The notes beneath the pieces are model-generated. The model saw nothing but the letters and a program-made list of their open reading frames with translations, searched no databases and was not told where the DNA came from. From assembly GCA_965201075.1 (NCBI GenBank), contig CBDAVP010000002.1, forward strand, positions 1-64,000: 64,000 nucleotides of DNA, given 5' to 3'. A program made the translations under genes and the position numbers. Of this stretch, positions 60,348 to 64,000 are shown in pieces (within the stretch, counting starts at the first letter, position 1; every line of letters begins with the position of its first letter). Source of the DNA: Isosphaeraceae bacterium. Lineage in GTDB: Bacteria; Planctomycetota; Planctomycetia; Isosphaerales; Isosphaeraceae.

Positions 60348-61133
60348 ATGCTGCTGACCGTCCGCGCCGAGGCGACTTACGAACTTCCCGCCGAGACGTT
60401 CCTCCTGCTAATGGTCGAGCCGCCGCTGGCCGGACCGACCCATCGGGTTCACGAGGAAGCGCTGTTTACGACGCCGACGCTCTACTCGGAACTCTGGACC
60501 GACACCGCGGGCAACCCGCAACGGCGACTGGTCGCGCCGGCGGGGACGTTCTCGTTCACCTTCCGGGCGACGATCGAGGCGGACCCCGAAAGTCCCCTCC
60601 CGCCCGACGCTCCGGCCCACCCTGCTCAGGAAGTTCCCCCCGGGGCGATGGTGTACACTCTTCCGTCGCGTTACTGCCAGTCGGACCAGTTGGCGAGGCT
60701 CGCCCGGGGCGAATTTGGTCACCTGCCGGCGGGCGCCCCCAGGGTCAACGCCATCGCGACGTGGGTCCGTCGCCATGTCGAATATCGCTACGGCACGACC
60801 TCGGCCGCAACTTCGGCGTTCGACACCGTGACCCAACGGATCGGCGTTTGCCGGGATTTTGCCCACCTGGTCGTGGCGCTTTGTCGAGGCCTGGACATCC
60901 CGGCTCGGTATGTTGCCGGCTACGCCCTCGGGCTGGAGCCTCCCGATTTTCACGGAATCGCCCAGGTCTATCTCGCCGGGGCCTGGCACAATATCGACGC
61001 GACCTTTGATGGCGTCCGCCCGGCCATCGTGCCGATCGCCGTGGGCCGCGACGCCGCCGACGTGGCAATGATGACCCTTTGGGGCGATGCCACCCTGACC
61101 TACCAGGCCGTCGAAGTCCGGCAAGTCTCCTGA
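60348..61133 (+). CDS. Transglutaminase-like family protein
   Basis: PSRYCQSD, GVCRDFAHL (Cys), DFH (His), IDAT (Asp), GRDAADV. Confidence 0.9.
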   Translation: MLLTVRAEATYELPAETFLLLMVEPPLAGPTHRVHEEALFTTPTLYSELWTDTAGNPQRRLVAPAGTFSFTFRATIEADPESPLPPDAPAHPAQEVPPGAMVYTLPSRYCQSDQLARLARGEFGHLPAGAPRVNAIATWVRRHVEYRYGTTSAATSAFDTVTQRIGVCRDFAHLVVALCRGLDIPARYVAGYALGLEPPDFHGIAQVYLAGAWHNIDATFDGVRPAIVPIAVGRDAADVAMMTLWGDATLTYQAVEVRQVS

Positions 61134-61187
61134 GCCTCGGAGCCGACCCCGGGCGTGATCCGGCCCTCCCACCAAGGATCAACCACC

Positions 61188-62519
61188 ATGCGCCTTGCCC
61201 GGCTCGTCCTTCTTGCCACGGTGGCGATGGACCCGCCCGCCACCGTGCCCGCCGCCGATGCCCCCGTGGCCCACATCGATGGGTTCGCGGTCGACGGCGT
61301 GGAGCCCCGCGCTGGCGATGCCGACGCCCCCTTCGCCCAAGGCTGGCCCGCGGCGACCGCTCCCGGTGATCTCGCACTCAAGGATTACCCGGCCTACCGA
61401 AGCGCCGAGGCCCGTGGTCCGGGTCGGCAGCCGGCCGCGGTGGATGGCTTGTTCTTCCCTCTGTTCCTCCACATCACCCAATCCGACGTGGCGATGACCT
61501 CGCCGGTGGTGATAACACCCCCCCAGCCCACGGCCGCCGACCCCGGCGAGGCCTCGATGGAATTCGTTTACCGTAAGCCCGATCTGGGGAAGCCAGGGCA
61601 AGGAGTCGGCATCGTGCGGGTTGTCGATCACCCCCCCGCACGGTTCCTCTGCCTTGGCGTTCAGGGAACAATGGACGAGGCCAAGACGACTCGCGGGGTG
61701 AGTGTCCTGCACGACTGGCTCGACAAGCATCGCGACGAGTGGGTCGCCGCCGGTCCGCCTCGGAGACTTGGCTACCACTCGCCGATGACTCCCGAGGACC
61801 GCCGCCTCTGGGAGGTCCAAATCCCCGTGACCCAGCCACCGGCGGCAACCGTCAATCCTTCGGCGACCGGACAAGGGTGGGTGAACCTCGACGGGCTCGA
61901 CGCCTGGCGACCGAAGGGTGCGGCCTGGCAGGTGGTCGGCTCGATCGCCCCCAGCTCGACCAATCCGCGGTTGCTTGTTGGCGGGCCCGGCCGGGGCATC
62001 CTCACCAATGGACCGACCGGAAACCTGCCCAACCTCTTGACCAAACGGGATTTCGGCGACGTCGAGATCCATGCGGAATTTCTGATCCCCCCGCGGTCGA
62101 ACTCGGGGATCAAGCTGGAAGGTCTGTACGAGATTCAGATTTTCGACAGCTTTGGCAAAGCCCCCGCGAAGGCCGACGACTGCGGCGGGATCTACCCCCG
62201 CGCCGAGCTTTTGCCGAGCTACCATCACATCGACGACGGAATTCCCCCCCGGCTCAACGCTTGCCGACCGCCCGGGGAATGGCAGACGCTCGACATCCGC
62301 TTTCGAGCGCCGAAGTTCAACGCCGAGGGACGGAAGGTCGCGCCGGCCCGGTTTGAGCGGGTCGAGCTGAACGGCCAGGTCGTCCAGGAAAACGTCGACG
62401 TGCCGACTCCCACCGGACATGCCTGGCACGATGCCGAGCGGCCCGCCGGCCCAATCTTGCTCCAGGGGGACCACGGGCCCGTCGGGTTTCGCAACCTTCG
62501 GGCCCGCCCCCTCGATTGA
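61188..62519 (+). CDS. Secreted fusion of SOUL heme-binding domain and DUF1080 (3-keto-glycoside hydrolase-like) domain
   Basis: K.YPAYRSA, FFPLFLHI...AMTSPV, LGYHSP, EVQIPV; then NSGI, YEIQI.DS, GEWQT, LQGDHG.V.FRN. Confidence 0.75.
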   Translation: MRLARLVLLATVAMDPPATVPAADAPVAHIDGFAVDGVEPRAGDADAPFAQGWPAATAPGDLALKDYPAYRSAEARGPGRQPAAVDGLFFPLFLHITQSDVAMTSPVVITPPQPTAADPGEASMEFVYRKPDLGKPGQGVGIVRVVDHPPARFLCLGVQGTMDEAKTTRGVSVLHDWLDKHRDEWVAAGPPRRLGYHSPMTPEDRRLWEVQIPVTQPPAATVNPSATGQGWVNLDGLDAWRPKGAAWQVVGSIAPSSTNPRLLVGGPGRGILTNGPTGNLPNLLTKRDFGDVEIHAEFLIPPRSNSGIKLEGLYEIQIFDSFGKAPAKADDCGGIYPRAELLPSYHHIDDGIPPRLNACRPPGEWQTLDIRFRAPKFNAEGRKVAPARFERVELNGQVVQENVDVPTPTGHAWHDAERPAGPILLQGDHGPVGFRNLRARPLD

Positions 62520-62526
62520 GGTCGGC

Positions 62527-63018
62527 TCAGGCGCGATCTTCCTCGCTGGTCACGTCGGGCACGTCCTCGCCCAGGGCGGTCGCCAGGTCCATCTGGTGCT
62601 CCTGCTCCTGGACGAGAATCCCGCGAATCTTCTCGGCCAGAGCGTACTCGCCGAGGGTTTCGGCCTGGCGGACCCTGACCTTGTAGTTGCGGATCGTCTC
62701 GTTCTCGTTTTCGAGGTCGAAACGAAGCATCTCCTCGGCTTTTTCCGAGGTCTTGACGAGCTTCGGCGTGGTGGTGGGCATTCCGCCGAGGTAGTCAATC
62801 TGCTGAGAGAGCGTGATGGCGTGTTCCAGCTCCTCCCCGGCGTGAACCTCCAACTCCTTCGCGATGTTCATGTACGCGGCGCCCTTGAGCACCTGGGAGT
62901 ACACGACGTAAGCGATAATGGCCTGGTACTCTCGGGAAAGGTCCTCGTTGAGCAGGTCAATCATCTGCTGACGGGTGATCTTGGATGTCGCTTCGCCACG
63001 ATCCACGTCGCTGGCCAT
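62527..63018 (-). CDS. Ferritin-like/bacterioferritin-like protein
   Basis: LNEDLSREY, EELEHA, LGG.P, DLENE, QEQEH diiron ligand pattern. Confidence 0.87.
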   Translation of the reverse strand: MASDVDRGEATSKITRQQMIDLLNEDLSREYQAIIAYVVYSQVLKGAAYMNIAKELEVHAGEELEHAITLSQQIDYLGGMPTTTPKLVKTSEKAEEMLRFDLENENETIRNYKVRVRQAETLGEYALAEKIRGILVQEQEHQMDLATALGEDVPDVTSEEDRA

Positions 63019-63413
63019 GAGATACTCCTCGAAAACAAAAAAGCGGCTCGGGACGGTTTCCTCGGTGATTCGCGACGAACTCCCGTCGCGGGAGAACGCG
63101 AAGCGCGTGGGTTACGATCCAACGGTATCCCCAGGTCCAGCCATGATCCAGAGTTCGGACGCGGGATTCGTGGCTGCTGAGGTTGGGTCAGGCCGGAACT
63201 TGCCGCCGCAACGCTGATCCTTCCCAGGAGCGGGTCCTCGGGAGGTCCGCCCATCATGGCCGGACCGTGCGGCCATCGCCAGTCCGAGGGATGGACGGAA
63301 AATTCGAGAGTGAGAACCCGCCCGGAATTTCGTTTCCGGTTGCCTCCGTCGCTATAAAGATTAGGGAAAGCCTTTGCGGATCTTGCGGTTTCCCCGGACG
63401 GGCGAGTCGAATC

Positions 63414-64000
63414 ATGTCCCGAAATGTTTGGGCCTGCCTTGCGATCGCAATTGGGGTCTCGGGCGTTGGCTGTCAGCAAGCCAAGCCCCCGGTCGTCTCC
63501 AAGGAACCTCCGGTTGTCCTGGTGAGCCAGCCAGTGACCGAGGAGGTGACGGATTCCGAGGAGTTCACCGGGCGGACCGACGCCTTCCAGTCGGTGGAGG
63601 TCCGGGCCCGGGTCACCGGATATCTCGACCAGATTTTTTTCGTTGACGGGACGGAAACGACCGAGGGGGACAAACTGTTCCAGATCGACCCCCGACCTTA
63701 TCAGGCCGAGGTCGACCGGACCGAGGCCGCGGTGGTCCAGGCCGAGGCGCAACTGAAGCGGGCCGACGCCGACCATCGACGGTCGGTCTCCCTGTTCAAC
63801 CGAGGCGTCCAGAGCCGCGAGGAATTCGACCGGGTGACGGGCGATTTCGAGGTCGCCAAGGCGGCCATCGGCATCGCCAAGGCCAATCGGGACCTGTCCA
63901 AACTCAACCTCGGTTTCACCACGGTCACCGCGCCGATCCCGGGATTGCTCAGCCGCAAACAGGTGGACAAGGGCAACCTCGTGAAGGCCGATGAGACGAT
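63414..64000 (+). CDS. RND efflux periplasmic adaptor (AcrA/MexE-like), runs off the window edge
   Basis: Read by hand: MSRNVWACLAIAIGVSGVGC lipobox, FTGR...VEVRARVTGYL, LFQIDPRPYQA, LGFTTVTAPIPG; no stop before the end. Confidence 0.9.
   Translation, partial: MSRNVWACLAIAIGVSGVGCQQAKPPVVSKEPPVVLVSQPVTEEVTDSEEFTGRTDAFQSVEVRARVTGYLDQIFFVDGTETTEGDKLFQIDPRPYQAEVDRTEAAVVQAEAQLKRADADHRRSVSLFNRGVQSREEFDRVTGDFEVAKAAIGIAKANRDLSKLNLGFTTVTAPIPGLLSRKQVDKGNLVKADET

Noticed and set aside
63112..63138. ECF-like GGACC-N17-CGTAA on the minus strand upstream of the ferritin-like gene
   Set aside because: Short degenerate match that could arise by chance; no second copy to support it
1..64000. tRNA, rRNA, transposase, integrase, prophage or defence genes
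   Set aside because: No cloverleaf, rRNA-like tract, terminal repeats or matching protein motifs recognised by eye; a covariance-model scan was not run

Overview
GC-rich, densely coded bacterial chromosome segment. Gene content and protein style (PVC-type heme-CxxCH proteins, DUF1080 domain, groEL-groES-groEL-dnaJ-grpE order, planctomycete-type lipoprotein) point to Planctomycetota, probably Isosphaeraceae-like; this is inference, not a database result. In order: small membrane protein; class-III aminotransferase plus an HPPD/HglS-like VOC metalloenzyme; HEAT/GXGXG/lipoprotein/corA/recJ/MBL block; yggS-yggU-aroA-aspS; methyltransferase and esterase; chaperone cluster groEL-groES-groEL-(thx)-dnaJ-grpE-FmdB-yacG; Tat-exported aldo/keto reductase; TolC; icd; an LPS cluster (lpxK, DHS-like protein, waaF, SDR, GT39-like, waaP, GT4, NDP-sugar synthase, PlsY fusion); three tatA-like genes; lutABC with a giant multidomain redox protein; MFS; rhaA-rhaT-GH78 with a second PVC heme protein; transglutaminase-like protein; SOUL-DUF1080 fusion; ferritin-like protein; a partial RND adaptor. 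No rRNA, tRNA, CRISPR array or mobile element was seen. Highlights: a 39-aa ribosomal protein Thx gene absent from the ORF track, the putative Fe(II) 2-oxoacid dioxygenase paired with an aminotransferase, a rhamnose/lactate locus flanked by two electron-transfer proteins (one with F-type lectin, cupredoxin and cytochrome c modules), and a sigma-54-type promoter instead of CIRCE before groEL. All calls come from motif recognition by eye; several starts were moved to more plausible codons than the ORF track gives.
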